Source: Candidatus Omnitrophota bacterium (GTDB taxonomy: Bacteria; Omnitrophota; Gorgyraeia; Aquiviventales; Aquiviventaceae). Taken from it: a stretch of DNA of 49,614 nt. The stretch lies in the NCBI GenBank assembly GCA_016206675.1, contig JACQRD010000067.1, positions 1 through 49,614 of the forward strand, written 5' to 3'. Numbering within the stretch: the stretch's first letter is position 1; each line of letters starts with the position of its first letter. Under the pieces are notes generated by a model. The model made no database searches. It saw nothing but the letters and a program-made list of their open reading frames with translations, and was not told where the DNA came from. This document shows, piece after piece, positions 26,063 to 34,427 of the stretch. The translations under genes were made by a program, and so were the position numbers.

Positions 26063-26225
26063 CGACTGACCTCCTTGTTGTGCGTCCCCACCCTGCAACG
26101 TACACATCCGAACGCTTGGTGTCCCCAGACTTCAACGGTTAAGTGTCAAGGAATCCCACGTAACTGCTGTGTTGTTCCTCCCCTTTCCCGGGAGCCTGAG
26201 CACACCTCCCCTCAAGGTTTCGCTT

Positions 26226-26254
26226 ACTTTAAGAGCCACCGCAAGTTTTGTCAA
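26226..26254 (-). promoter_or_regulatory. candidate sigma-70 promoter TTGACA - 17 nt - TAAAGT with upstream A-tract
   Basis: The minus strand reads ataaaaaatgcTTGACAaaacttgcggtggctctTAAAGT. It would give a leader of about 160 nt for the porin-like gene. Confidence 0.45.
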
Positions 26255-26261
26255 GCATTTT

Positions 26262-26303
26262 TTATGTGGCGTTGACATTCGCTATGCAGGGTTATGTGGC
26301 GTT
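26262..26303. repeat. 12-nt direct repeat TTATGTGGCGTT x2, start-to-start spacing 30 nt
   Basis: 26262-26273 and 26292-26303 are identical. They lie just upstream (minus sense) of the candidate -35. Confidence 0.8.
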
Positions 26304-26330
26304 TAGTGGACTCTGCCGGACACGAAAAAG

Positions 26331-26404
26331 TGCCCCAGCGCCGATTCGAACGGCGGACACGCGGTTTAGGAAACCGCTGCTCTTCCATACTGAGCTACTG
26401 GGGC
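26331..26404 (-). tRNA. tRNA-Arg (anticodon CCU)
   Basis: The reverse complement folds as a 74-nt cloverleaf: acceptor GCCCCAG/CTGGGGC, D arm GCTC-AGTATGGAA-GAGC, anticodon arm GCGGT-TTCCTAA-ACCGC, variable GTGTC, T arm CGCCG-TTCGAAT-CGGCG, discriminator A. No encoded CCA. Followed by CTTTTT. Confidence 0.93.
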
Positions 26405-26405
26405 G

Positions 26406-27323
26406 TCAGCGTTTGGACTTTCCATTGCGCATCTTTCCATCGACCATCCGTCTTTTTTCGGCGCCCATCTTCTCTGCGGTACTCTTCCGCGCATCGTCTT
26501 TTATCTTCTGATCTGTTTCTTCTGTCGCGATGAGGGCGCGGAGCTTGCGCATGGCGGCCACCTCGATCTGGCGCACGCGCTCGCGCGTGATGCTGAAAAA
26601 TTTCGCGGTTTCGCCCAGGGTGCGGGAAATGCCGTCATCCAGCCCGTAGCGCAGCACCAGCACCCGCCGCTCGCGCTCGTTCATCTTCTGCAGCAGCGCG
26701 TCGATGCGCTCATGCTGGAGAAAGCGCGTGATCTCCTCCTGCGGGGAGTGGCCGCTCTCATCCTCCAGCAGGTCGATCATCTCGGTCTCCCCTTCCTCGC
26801 CCACCGGCGTTTCGAGGGAGGTGGTCTGCGCCGAGGTCACCAGCTCTTGCAGGCGCTCGATGCGCTCCACCGGCAGGCGCATCCGCCGGGCGAGTTCCAT
26901 GGCGCTCGGACGGCGGCCGAGCTTCTGCGACATCTCCTCGGTGATCCGCTTGAACTTGGAAATCAGCTCCGTCATGTAGACCGGAATGCGCACGGTTTTG
27001 CCCTGGTTGGCGATGGCGCGCGTGATGTACTGGCGGATCCACCAAGCACCGTAGGTGGAGAAGCGAAACCCTTTTCGGGGATTGTACTTGGTCACCGCCT
27101 TCATCAGGCCGAGGTTGCCTTCTTCGATCAGATCGAGCAGCGGCACGCCGAGGTGGGAGTAACGCTTGGCGATGTTGATGACCAGCCGCAGGTTGGAGAG
27201 CGTCATCTGCCGCTTGGCCACCCGGTCGCCCTTCCTGATCTTCCTGGCGAGCTCAATCTCCTGCTTGGCCGTCAGGAGCGGGATGGACTTGATATCCTTG
27301 AGATAGGAACGAATAGGATCCAT
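26406..27323 (-). CDS. RNA polymerase sigma factor, sigma-70 family (RpoD-like, no region 1.1, basic C-terminal tail)
   Basis: ATG 27323 gives MDPIRSYLKDIKSIPLLTAKQE. Region 2 DLIEEGNLGLMKAVTKYNP...FSTYGAWWIRQ. Region 4.2 TLGETAKFFSITRERVRQIEVAAMRKLR. Track start 27536 translates the heptamer repeat. Confidence 0.88.
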   Translation of the reverse strand: MDPIRSYLKDIKSIPLLTAKQEIELARKIRKGDRVAKRQMTLSNLRLVINIAKRYSHLGVPLLDLIEEGNLGLMKAVTKYNPRKGFRFSTYGAWWIRQYITRAIANQGKTVRIPVYMTELISKFKRITEEMSQKLGRRPSAMELARRMRLPVERIERLQELVTSAQTTSLETPVGEEGETEMIDLLEDESGHSPQEEITRFLQHERIDALLQKMNERERRVLVLRYGLDDGISRTLGETAKFFSITRERVRQIEVAAMRKLRALIATEETDQKIKDDARKSTAEKMGAEKRRMVDGKMRNGKSKR

Positions 27324-27328
27324 CGTTA

Positions 27329-27402
27329 GCACACAGCACACAGCACACAGCACACAGTGAAGACGCTCTTGCTGTCTGCTGTCCGCTGTCTGCTGTCTGC
27401 TG
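27329..27402 (-). repeat. heptamer-array hairpin (plus strand: CACACAG x4 ... CTGTCTG x4-5)
   Basis: Arms 27329-27357 and 27371-27402, loop 27358-27370. Each heptamer pairs 6/7; the seventh position is G opposite G in minus-sense RNA. Fills the ppdK stop to sigma start gap. Confidence 0.85.
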
Positions 27403-27405
27403 GCG

Positions 27406-30117
27406 TCATGTCCTTCTCTCGCGGACGACGGCTTGGGCAGCGGCCAGGCGGGCGATCGGCACGCGATACGGCGAGCAGGACACATAGTCCATGCCCACCC
27501 GGTGGCAGAACTCAATGGAGGAGGGCTCGCCGCCATGCTCGCCGCAGATGCCCACCTTCAGCCCCTTGCGCGCCTTGCGGCCCTTGGCGATGCCCAACTG
27601 GATCAGCTGGCCCACGCCCTCCTGATCGAGCTTGGCAAAGGGGTCGGCCGGCAGGATATCTTCCTTCAGGTAGTGCGGCAGGAACTTGCCGATGTCATCC
27701 CGTGAAAAACCGAAGGTCATCTGCGTCAGGTCGTTGGTGCCGAAGCTGAAGAATTCGGCTTCCTTGGCGATGACATCCGCCACCATGGCCGCGCGCGGCA
27801 CCTCGATCATGGTGCCGAGGAGGTATACCAGCTTCACCTTGTAGCGCTCAATCGTCTTCTTGGCGACCTCATCGATAACCTGCTTCGCCGCCCGGAATTC
27901 GTTCGGATGGCCGACCAGCGGGACCATCACTTCGGGCACGATCTTCACTCCGTCCCGCGCCAGCTCGCAGGCGGCCTCAAAGATGGCCTGTGCCTGCATG
28001 TCGTTGATCTCCGGGTAGGTCAGCCCTAAGCGGCAGCCGCGGTGGCCGAGCATCGGGTTGATCTCATGCAGGCTATTGATCGTCTGCCGCAGGACCTTGA
28101 GGTCGATCCCCAGCTGCTTGGAGAGCTTCTCCTGATCCTCTGGATCGTTCGGCAAGAACTCATGCAGGGGCGGATCCAGCAGCCGGATCGTCACCGGCAG
28201 CCCTTTCATCACTTCGAAGAGGCCCTTGAAGTCCTCCTTTTGGAAGGGCGGCAGCTTGGCCAGCGCCGCCTTGCGCGCCGCCACATCGCGCGCCAGGATC
28301 ATCTCGCGCACCACCGGCAGCCGCTCCTCGCCGAAGAACATGTGTTCGGTGCGGCAGAGCCCGATGCCCTCCGCGCCGAATTCGCGGGCCACCTTTGCAT
28401 CCTGCGGGGTGTCGGCGTTGGCCCGGATGCGCAGCCGGCGCACCTGATCGGCCCACTGCAGCAGCTGCTTGAAGCTGCCGGTCAGCTGCGGCTGAACCAC
28501 CGGCACCTCGCCCAGGATCACTTCCCCGGTTGAGCCATTGAGCGTGATGGCGTCCCCTTCCTTAATGACGCGGTCGCCCACCTTAAAGCACTTCGCGTCT
28601 TCTTCAACCGTAATGTCATTGCAGCCGACCACACAGCACTTGCCCATGCCTCGCCCTACAACTGCCGCATGGCTTGTCATCCCCCCGCGCGCGGTCAAAA
28701 TCCCTTGCGCGGCGGCCATGCCTTCGATGTCTTCGGGCGAGGTTTCCTCGCGCACGAGGATGACCTTCTCCGCGCCGTCCTCGCTGAACTCCACCGCCCG
28801 GTGCGCCGTGAAGACGGCCTTGCCCACGGCGGCACCCGGTGAGGCCGGCAGCCCCTTCGCGATGACCTGCGGCTTGGCCCTGGGATCGATCATCGGGTGC
28901 AGCAGTTGGTCGAACTGCGCGGCGTTGATGCGCAGCAAGGCCTCGCGCTGCGAAATCAGCTTCTCCTTCACGAAGTCCACGGCGAACTGCACCGAGGCGC
29001 GGGCGTTGGCTTTGCCGGCGCGGCACTGGAGCATGTAGAGGGCGCCTTCCTCAACCGTAAACTCGATGTCCTGCACCTGCTTGAAGTACCGCTCCAGCCG
29101 CTGGCAGACCTTCCAGAGCTGCTCGTAGAGCTTGGGGAGCTCGGTCTTCAGCTCGGCCACCGGCTTGGGCGTGCGGATGCCGGCGACCACATCCTCCCCT
29201 TGCGCGTTGACCAGGTACTCGCCGTAGAAGACGTTCTCGCCGGTGCCCGGGTCGCGGGTGAAGCAGACGCCGGTCAAGGAGGTCGAGCCCATGTTGCCGA
29301 AGACCATCGACTGGATGTTGACCGCCGTGCCCAGCGAGTGCGGGATGTTGTTGAGGCGGCGGTAGATGTTAGCCCGCTCGTTGTTCCAGGACGTGAAGAC
29401 GGCGTTGACGGCCAGCGTCAATTGTTCCATCACATCTTCCGGAAAGTCGCTGCCCTTCTTGGCGCGGACGAGCTGCTTGTATTCCCCCACCAGCTGCTTC
29501 AGGGCTTCCGCCGGAAGCTGCGCATCCGTCTTGGCATTGAACTTCGCCTTCTTCTTCTGCAGGATCTCCTCAAACTGCTTGTGGTCGATCTCCAGCACCA
29601 CGTTGCTGAACATCTGGATGAAGCGGCGGTAGGCGTCGTAGGCGAAGCGGGGATTCTCGGTCTTCTGGGCGAGGCCCTCCGCCGTGCGGGAGTTCAGGCC
29701 GAGGTTAAGGATGGTGTCCATCATGCCGGGCATGGACACGGCCGCTCCGGAGCGCACCGAAACCAACAGCGGATTCTTGGGATCGCCGAAGCCCTTTTGC
29801 GCCACGGCCTCCAGCCACTTCAGTTTCTGCCGGAGTTCCGCCTCGAGCCCCTGCGGCCAGCGCCCGCCCAGCTCGTAGAATTTCCGACACACCTCGGTGG
29901 TGAGGGTCAGCCCGGGCGGCACCGGCACGCCCAGGTTGGTCATCTCCGCCAGGTTCGCCCCCTTGCCGCCGAGCAGCTGCTTCATGTCGGCGCGGCCGTC
30001 CGCCTTGCCCGCCCCGAAGACATAGATGAAGCGCGGCTTGCTCGCGGAGAGCTGGCCTGCCCTGCGGCGGGTCGCGGGGAAGCGACGGCGGGCTGTGGCA
30101 ACGGACGTCCGGCTCAT
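27406..30117 (-). CDS. ppdK: pyruvate, phosphate dikinase
   Basis: 903 aa. GGKGANLAEM ATP-grasp N-terminus, phosphohistidine motif GGMTSHAAVVGRGMGK, PEP-utiliser C-terminus. ATGA overlap with the glyS stop. Confidence 0.93.
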   Translation of the reverse strand: MSRTSVATARRRFPATRRRAGQLSASKPRFIYVFGAGKADGRADMKQLLGGKGANLAEMTNLGVPVPPGLTLTTEVCRKFYELGGRWPQGLEAELRQKLKWLEAVAQKGFGDPKNPLLVSVRSGAAVSMPGMMDTILNLGLNSRTAEGLAQKTENPRFAYDAYRRFIQMFSNVVLEIDHKQFEEILQKKKAKFNAKTDAQLPAEALKQLVGEYKQLVRAKKGSDFPEDVMEQLTLAVNAVFTSWNNERANIYRRLNNIPHSLGTAVNIQSMVFGNMGSTSLTGVCFTRDPGTGENVFYGEYLVNAQGEDVVAGIRTPKPVAELKTELPKLYEQLWKVCQRLERYFKQVQDIEFTVEEGALYMLQCRAGKANARASVQFAVDFVKEKLISQREALLRINAAQFDQLLHPMIDPRAKPQVIAKGLPASPGAAVGKAVFTAHRAVEFSEDGAEKVILVREETSPEDIEGMAAAQGILTARGGMTSHAAVVGRGMGKCCVVGCNDITVEEDAKCFKVGDRVIKEGDAITLNGSTGEVILGEVPVVQPQLTGSFKQLLQWADQVRRLRIRANADTPQDAKVAREFGAEGIGLCRTEHMFFGEERLPVVREMILARDVAARKAALAKLPPFQKEDFKGLFEVMKGLPVTIRLLDPPLHEFLPNDPEDQEKLSKQLGIDLKVLRQTINSLHEINPMLGHRGCRLGLTYPEINDMQAQAIFEAACELARDGVKIVPEVMVPLVGHPNEFRAAKQVIDEVAKKTIERYKVKLVYLLGTMIEVPRAAMVADVIAKEAEFFSFGTNDLTQMTFGFSRDDIGKFLPHYLKEDILPADPFAKLDQEGVGQLIQLGIAKGRKARKGLKVGICGEHGGEPSSIEFCHRVGMDYVSCSPYRVPIARLAAAQAVVRERRT

Positions 30118-32258
30118 GAGGGCTCCTGTTGTAAGACGGTAAGTTTCGAGAGGTCGGCAACCCGGTCAGTATACAACGCATGGATTGCGCGCATCAAGGC
30201 GAGCCGGTTGCGTTGCAGCGCCTCGTCGGGCACGTTGACCAGCACCTTGTCGAAGAACGTGTGCAGCGGCTCATAGAAGAGCTCTCCGAATTCTAGCGTG
30301 GCTTTGTCGTACAGGCGGTCGGTGATGAGCTTCGCGACCCGCTCCTTATGCTGATCGTACAACCGCCACAGTGCCTGCTCCGGCGGCTCCTTCAGCAGTT
30401 GCGGCTGCACCTGGCCGTCCGCACGCTTGGCCCCTTTGAGGATGTTGCGCGTGCGCTCGATGACCTTCGCGGCCTTCAGCAGCCCGGCCTGGCCGCTCAT
30501 CCGCTGGAGGGTGCGGATGCGGTCCATGGCATCGATCATATCTTCCCATGGACAGGCCAGCACAGCGTCAATACAGTCCGATGAAGGGGCCGGGGATGGC
30601 CAGTTGAAGGTGTAGAGTCTTTCTGCAAGGTAGCTGCGAACACGCTGTTGTACCTTCGCATCAGGTGGCTTTCCAGCAGCCGCCGACCATGCGTTGAACA
30701 GATTCTCAAACAACAGCGGTCGATGCGCAGCCCATGCCACTTCTATGATTCCTTGCGCGGCACGCCGAAGACCAAAAGGATCCTGATCTCCTGTCGGTTC
30801 GATGCCGATGCTAAAGTAACTCGCGAAGGTATCAAATTTGTCCAGGCTAGCTAGTGCAGAACCAATGAGGGTCTTGGGCATCTTACCAGCAAGTGGCAGG
30901 TAGTGCTCCTCGATTGCTTGACACACGGCGTCAGATTCACGATGGATTCTGGCGTAGTATTTCCCCATCACACCCTGCAAAGTCGGAAACTCCCTGACCA
31001 TAACGCTACCAAGGTCAGCCTTGGCAAGCTGGCTGGCCCGTTCAAGCTCTTTGGACTCTTGATTCGTCAGGTTCCACATCTTGCTAAGGTTTCTGCTCAT
31101 CTGGCAGAGGCGGTTGACCTTGTCCTGCACAGAGCCCAACTTTTCGTGGAAGGTGATTCCGGCAGCCTTGACGGCAAGCACGTTTAGTTGCTGTTTAGTG
31201 TCCTGCTCCCAGAACAACAAGCTATCCGCCAGGCGGGCGTTGAGGATACGCTCCACCACCGTGCGCACCTCCGACGGCTTGCCGGGCTTGCCGTCCAGGA
31301 TGGCGACGCAGCGCGGCAGCAGCTTCCCGTTGGCCTCAATGGCGAAAACGCGCTGGTGCTTGGCCATGCTGGCCAGCAGCACTTCGCGCGGCAGGACCAG
31401 ATAGCGCTTATCGAATTCGCCGACCAACGGCACCGGCTCTTCCGTCAAGAAGGTCACTTCCTCCAGCAGGCCGTGGCTGATCATCTCCGCCGCCGTGGTG
31501 CCGCGGAAGGCCTTGGCGGTTTTGGCCACCAGGCTGTCAATGACGGCGCGCCGCTGGCTTGGATCGAGGATCACCCCGACGCGCTTCAGCAGCTTGAAGT
31601 AGGATTCAATGGAGGAAACCGTCGCCCAGCGCAACTGCTGCGGCCGTCCCACGCGTGTCTTAGATTGGCCGGCGATCAAACCGAAGCGGCACGAAACCGC
31701 CTGCGCGCCATAGCGGGCCAGCAGCCAACGGATGGGCCGGGCGAAGCGCACGCCGCTGGCCTCCCAGCGCATACTCTTCGGCGCGCGCAGCTTTGTGATA
31801 AGCTGCGGCAGCAGGGCCGGCAGCAGCTTGACGGTCGGGGTGGTCGTGGGCGGCTTCATGAGGTAGACGTAGTCGCCCTTCGGCGTTGAGACGACTTTGG
31901 TGTGGCGGATGTCTCCGCCTTGCGACTTGAGGAAACCGAGCAGGGCCGGCGTGGGCTTGCCGGAGGCGTCGTAGGAGGCCTGCTTCGAGGGGCCGCGCAC
32001 CTCCTCGCCGGGCTGCTGTTGCACCGCGGAGAGCCCGCGCACGTGTAGCACCAACCGGCGCGGCGTGCCGTACGTCGCTGCCGAGTGGAACGCCAGGTGG
32101 TTGGCTTCACACAGCGTCTTGGCTTCCCGGTCGAGCTGTTCAATCAGCCCAGGCAGGTACGCCGCCGGCAGCTCCTCCGTCCCGATTTCAAAGAGAAGAT
32201 CAGCTGACCGCGAAGCTGGAGGTTGGAGGCTGGAGGCGGGAATGGATTTCTTTTTCAT
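30114..32258 (-). CDS. glyS: glycine--tRNA ligase beta subunit
   Basis: 714 aa. [12 protein letters not shown] near the N-terminus. The first ~20 codons ([18 protein letters not shown]) are read from a heptamer repeat arm. Confidence 0.9.
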   Translation of the reverse strand: MKKKSIPASSLQPPASRSADLLFEIGTEELPAAYLPGLIEQLDREAKTLCEANHLAFHSAATYGTPRRLVLHVRGLSAVQQQPGEEVRGPSKQASYDASGKPTPALLGFLKSQGGDIRHTKVVSTPKGDYVYLMKPPTTTPTVKLLPALLPQLITKLRAPKSMRWEASGVRFARPIRWLLARYGAQAVSCRFGLIAGQSKTRVGRPQQLRWATVSSIESYFKLLKRVGVILDPSQRRAVIDSLVAKTAKAFRGTTAAEMISHGLLEEVTFLTEEPVPLVGEFDKRYLVLPREVLLASMAKHQRVFAIEANGKLLPRCVAILDGKPGKPSEVRTVVERILNARLADSLLFWEQDTKQQLNVLAVKAAGITFHEKLGSVQDKVNRLCQMSRNLSKMWNLTNQESKELERASQLAKADLGSVMVREFPTLQGVMGKYYARIHRESDAVCQAIEEHYLPLAGKMPKTLIGSALASLDKFDTFASYFSIGIEPTGDQDPFGLRRAAQGIIEVAWAAHRPLLFENLFNAWSAAAGKPPDAKVQQRVRSYLAERLYTFNWPSPAPSSDCIDAVLACPWEDMIDAMDRIRTLQRMSGQAGLLKAAKVIERTRNILKGAKRADGQVQPQLLKEPPEQALWRLYDQHKERVAKLITDRLYDKATLEFGELFYEPLHTFFDKVLVNVPDEALQRNRLALMRAIHALYTDRVADLSKLTVLQQEPS

Positions 32259-32287
32259 CCAACTTCCAGCTGCTTGCTTCCAGCTTC
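32212..32287 (-). repeat. heptamer-array hairpin, GAAGCTG family, copy 1, spanning the glyQ stop / glyS start
   Basis: Plus strand: GAAGCTG GAGGTTG GAGGCTG GAGGCGG ... CCAACTT CCAGCTG CTTGCTT CCAGCTTC. Best hand register is 32212-32226 with 32259-32273 (15 nt, 2 mismatches). ATGA 32255-32258 lies at the loop edge. Confidence 0.8.
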
Positions 32288-33127
32288 AGGGCATCGTTTG
32301 AGGTACATCTCCGCGCAGCGCTTGGCCAACCCGCGGATGCGCAGCACGAAGCGCGGCCGGTCGGACTGGCTGATGGCGCCGCGCGCATCCAGCAGGTTGA
32401 AGGTGTGGCTGCATTTGAGCAGCTGTTCGTACGCCGGCAGCAGCATCTGGGCCTCGAGCAGCCGCTTGGCATCCGCCTCGAACTTCGCGAAGAGCTCCTG
32501 ATGTAGTGCCACGTCCGCCTGCTCGAAGTTATACGCGGAGCACTCCCGCTCATTCGCCAGGTGCAATGCGCCGTAGGTGACCCCTGGGCCGTAGGCGAGC
32601 GCGTAGACATCCGGCGTGCCCTGCAGGTACGTGGCGATGCGCTCAAGGCCGTAGGTGATTTCGCAGGAAACCGGCTCAAGGTCCAGCCCCCCCACCTGCT
32701 GGAAATAGGTAAACTGCGTCACTTCGAGGCTGTCCATCCACACTTCCCAGCCCAGCCCCCAGGCGCCGAGCGTCGGCGATTCCCAGTCATCCTGCACGAA
32801 GCGAACGTCGTGATCCTCCAGCTTCAGCCCACAGGCGCGCAGGCTCTCGAGATAGCGCTGCTGCACGTTCTCCGGCGAGGGCTTCAGGATCACCTGATAT
32901 TGGTAGTAGCGCTGCATCCGCAGCGGGTTGTCGCCGTAGCGGCCGTCCGTAGGCCGGCGGGAGGGCTGTACATAGGCCGCGCGGGTCGGCGCCGGACCCA
33001 GCGCCCCAAAGAACGTGGCGGGGTGGAACGTCCCCGCCCCCATCTCCATGTCGTAGGGCTGGAGAATCGCGCAGCCTTCGCGCTCCCAAAACGTATCCAG
33101 CGTTCGAATGAGTCGTTGAAGGTCCAT
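32255..33127 (-). CDS. glyQ: glycine--tRNA ligase alpha subunit
   Basis: ATG 33127 gives [39 protein letters not shown], a classic GlyQ N-terminus. Track start 33190 translates the repeat. Confidence 0.92.
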   Translation of the reverse strand: MDLQRLIRTLDTFWEREGCAILQPYDMEMGAGTFHPATFFGALGPAPTRAAYVQPSRRPTDGRYGDNPLRMQRYYQYQVILKPSPENVQQRYLESLRACGLKLEDHDVRFVQDDWESPTLGAWGLGWEVWMDSLEVTQFTYFQQVGGLDLEPVSCEITYGLERIATYLQGTPDVYALAYGPGVTYGALHLANERECSAYNFEQADVALHQELFAKFEADAKRLLEAQMLLPAYEQLLKCSHTFNLLDARGAISQSDRPRFVLRIRGLAKRCAEMYLKRCPEAGSKQLEVG

Positions 33128-33132
33128 AGGCA

Positions 33133-33909
33133 CTAGACCCGAGACCCGTGACTCGCGACCCGAGTCTCGGGTCTCGAGTCTCGAGTCCACCCAGCTAATG
33201 TCTTTAGCGGTCTATCCAGGCGCCAACGCAGGAACTCATCCAGCCGGCGGCGCAATCCTGGCAGCGCGTGAGCATCCAGGGCGATGGGCTGATCGCTCTC
33301 CGAGAGCCGCTCCAAGGTTTCCAACGTGCTGTGCAGCACCGGTTCGGCCTTCGGATCCTCGTGCAGACAGTTGGCGCACAGCAATCCGCCCTGCTGCGCG
33401 CTCCAGTAGCCGGCGTGATGCACCATCGCGCCACACCCGGTGCACTCATCCACCTGCGGCTGAAAGCCGGCCAGCCGCAGAAACCGCACGATGAAATGGG
33501 TCCGGATCATCGCGGGGTCGGATCCGGCCACGGCCAGATGCTCCAGCGCCGACTTCAGCAGCCGGTAGACCGCCGGCTGCGGCTCATTCAGCGGGACGAC
33601 CGTATCCACCAGATCGACGCACAGCGCAGCGCTGCGGGCGACCTCCAGTTCCTGCTGCAGTGCCGCCAGCGGAGCCAGCAGCTCGCATTGGCTGATGAGA
33701 TGGAGCTGGCTGGTGTGCGTGTCGTAGAAGACGATGCGGTTGACCGTCATCGGCTCCATGGCGCTGCGATGGCGGTTCGGCAGCTGGCGCAACCCCTTGA
33801 TGAGCCCTTTCAGCTTGCCGTAGCGGTCCGTCAGGCAGCTGACTACGACGCTGGTTTCACGGTAGAAATACCGGCGCAGGACGATGGCATCTGCTGCATG
33901 AATGCCCAT
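33133..33909 (-). CDS. recO: DNA repair protein RecO
   Basis: ATG 33909 gives [27 protein letters not shown]. Cys cluster CTGCG...CANC. The C-terminal ~17 residues are encoded by a repeat. Confidence 0.85.
   Translation of the reverse strand: MGIHAADAIVLRRYFYRETSVVVSCLTDRYGKLKGLIKGLRQLPNRHRSAMEPMTVNRIVFYDTHTSQLHLISQCELLAPLAALQQELEVARSAALCVDLVDTVVPLNEPQPAVYRLLKSALEHLAVAGSDPAMIRTHFIVRFLRLAGFQPQVDECTGCGAMVHHAGYWSAQQGGLLCANCLHEDPKAEPVLHSTLETLERLSESDQPIALDAHALPGLRRRLDEFLRWRLDRPLKTLAGWTRDSRPETRVASHGSRV
33135..33188 (-). repeat. heptamer-array hairpin, GACCCGA/GTCTCGA family, copy 1
   Basis: AGACCCGAGACCCGTGACTCGCGACCCGAGTCTCGGGTCTCGAGTCTCGAGTCC with a perfect central hairpin GACCCGA-gtc-TCGGGTC. 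About 95% identical to 33914-33967. Confidence 0.85.
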
Positions 33910-33911
33910 TG

Positions 33912-34427
33912 TTAGACCCGAGACCCGTGACTCGTGACCCGAGTCCCGAGTCTCGAGTCTCGAGTCCAACGCTTGGTATCTTCCGAACAGTTCGCCAATA
34001 GTCTATCTTCCAACTTTCGCATTTCTCGTTGCTGGGTGAGCGTGCGGTCGTCATGGCCGAGCCAGTGCAAAATGCCATGGACGACGTAGCGCGAGAGCTC
34101 CTGCGCGTACGACACGCCGTGGGCCTGGGCGTAGCGCTGCGCTTCCTTGGGTGCGACGAGCACCTCGCCGACAACCTGCCTGCGCCGTAGCGGCGCAGGC
34201 CAGCAGGTCGGCTCTCCCTCATACCGGAAACTGAGCACGTCGGTGGAGCGGTCGTGGCGCGTAAACCGGCGGTTGAGGCGGCGCATGCGCCCGGTGTCAA
34301 TGAAGGTGATGGCCAGCTCCCCGCCGCCACGGATCTTCAGCCGCCGCACCGCGGCGCGCGCCAGCTGTCGCATCCGGGCGGCGCTGACCGGGGCTTGCCG
34401 CTGGGCGTTGGTCACCCGCACCCGCAT
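33912..34427 (-). CDS. ybeY: rRNA maturation RNase YbeY
   Basis: HGILHWLGHDD zinc motif. The C-terminal tail TRDSRLGTRVTSHGSRV is encoded by a repeat. 1-nt TGATG overlap with phoH. Confidence 0.88.
   Translation of the reverse strand: MRVRVTNAQRQAPVSAARMRQLARAAVRRLKIRGGGELAITFIDTGRMRRLNRRFTRHDRSTDVLSFRYEGEPTCWPAPLRRRQVVGEVLVAPKEAQRYAQAHGVSYAQELSRYVVHGILHWLGHDDRTLTQQREMRKLEDRLLANCSEDTKRWTRDSRLGTRVTSHGSRV
33914..33967 (-). repeat. heptamer-array hairpin, GACCCGA/GTCTCGA family, copy 2
   Basis: AGACCCGAGACCCGTGACTCGTGACCCGAGTCCCGAGTCTCGAGTCTCGAGTCC, lying between the ybeY stop and the recO start. Confidence 0.85.

Noticed and set aside
18358-26107. Possible genomic island, prophage or defence locus in the more accessory-looking segment.
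   Set aside because: There is no integrase, transposase, phage, toxin-antitoxin or nuclease/helicase signature. The flanking tRNA shows no direct repeat of its 3' end within the window, and composition looks like the rest of the window by eye.
26248-26533. ORFs 26248-26511 (+) and 26294-26533 (+).
   Set aside because: They overlap the tRNA-Arg gene and the 3' end of the sigma-factor gene on the opposite strand. They have a low-complexity Ser/Phe/Arg-rich translation and no start context.
27329-27402. Heptamer arrays considered as a CRISPR array or as simple microsatellites.
   Set aside because: The units are 7 nt with no spacers and no cas genes, so this is not a CRISPR array. The second half is the inverted complement of the first, so they are hairpins rather than plain microsatellites.
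33128-33190. Shared N-terminal peptide [18 protein letters not shown] on the long versions of the glyQ and recO ORFs (also 33910-33969).
   Set aside because: Both are read-through of the twin heptamer hairpins in another frame. Canonical GlyQ and RecO N-termini begin at the internal ATGs 33127 and 33909.
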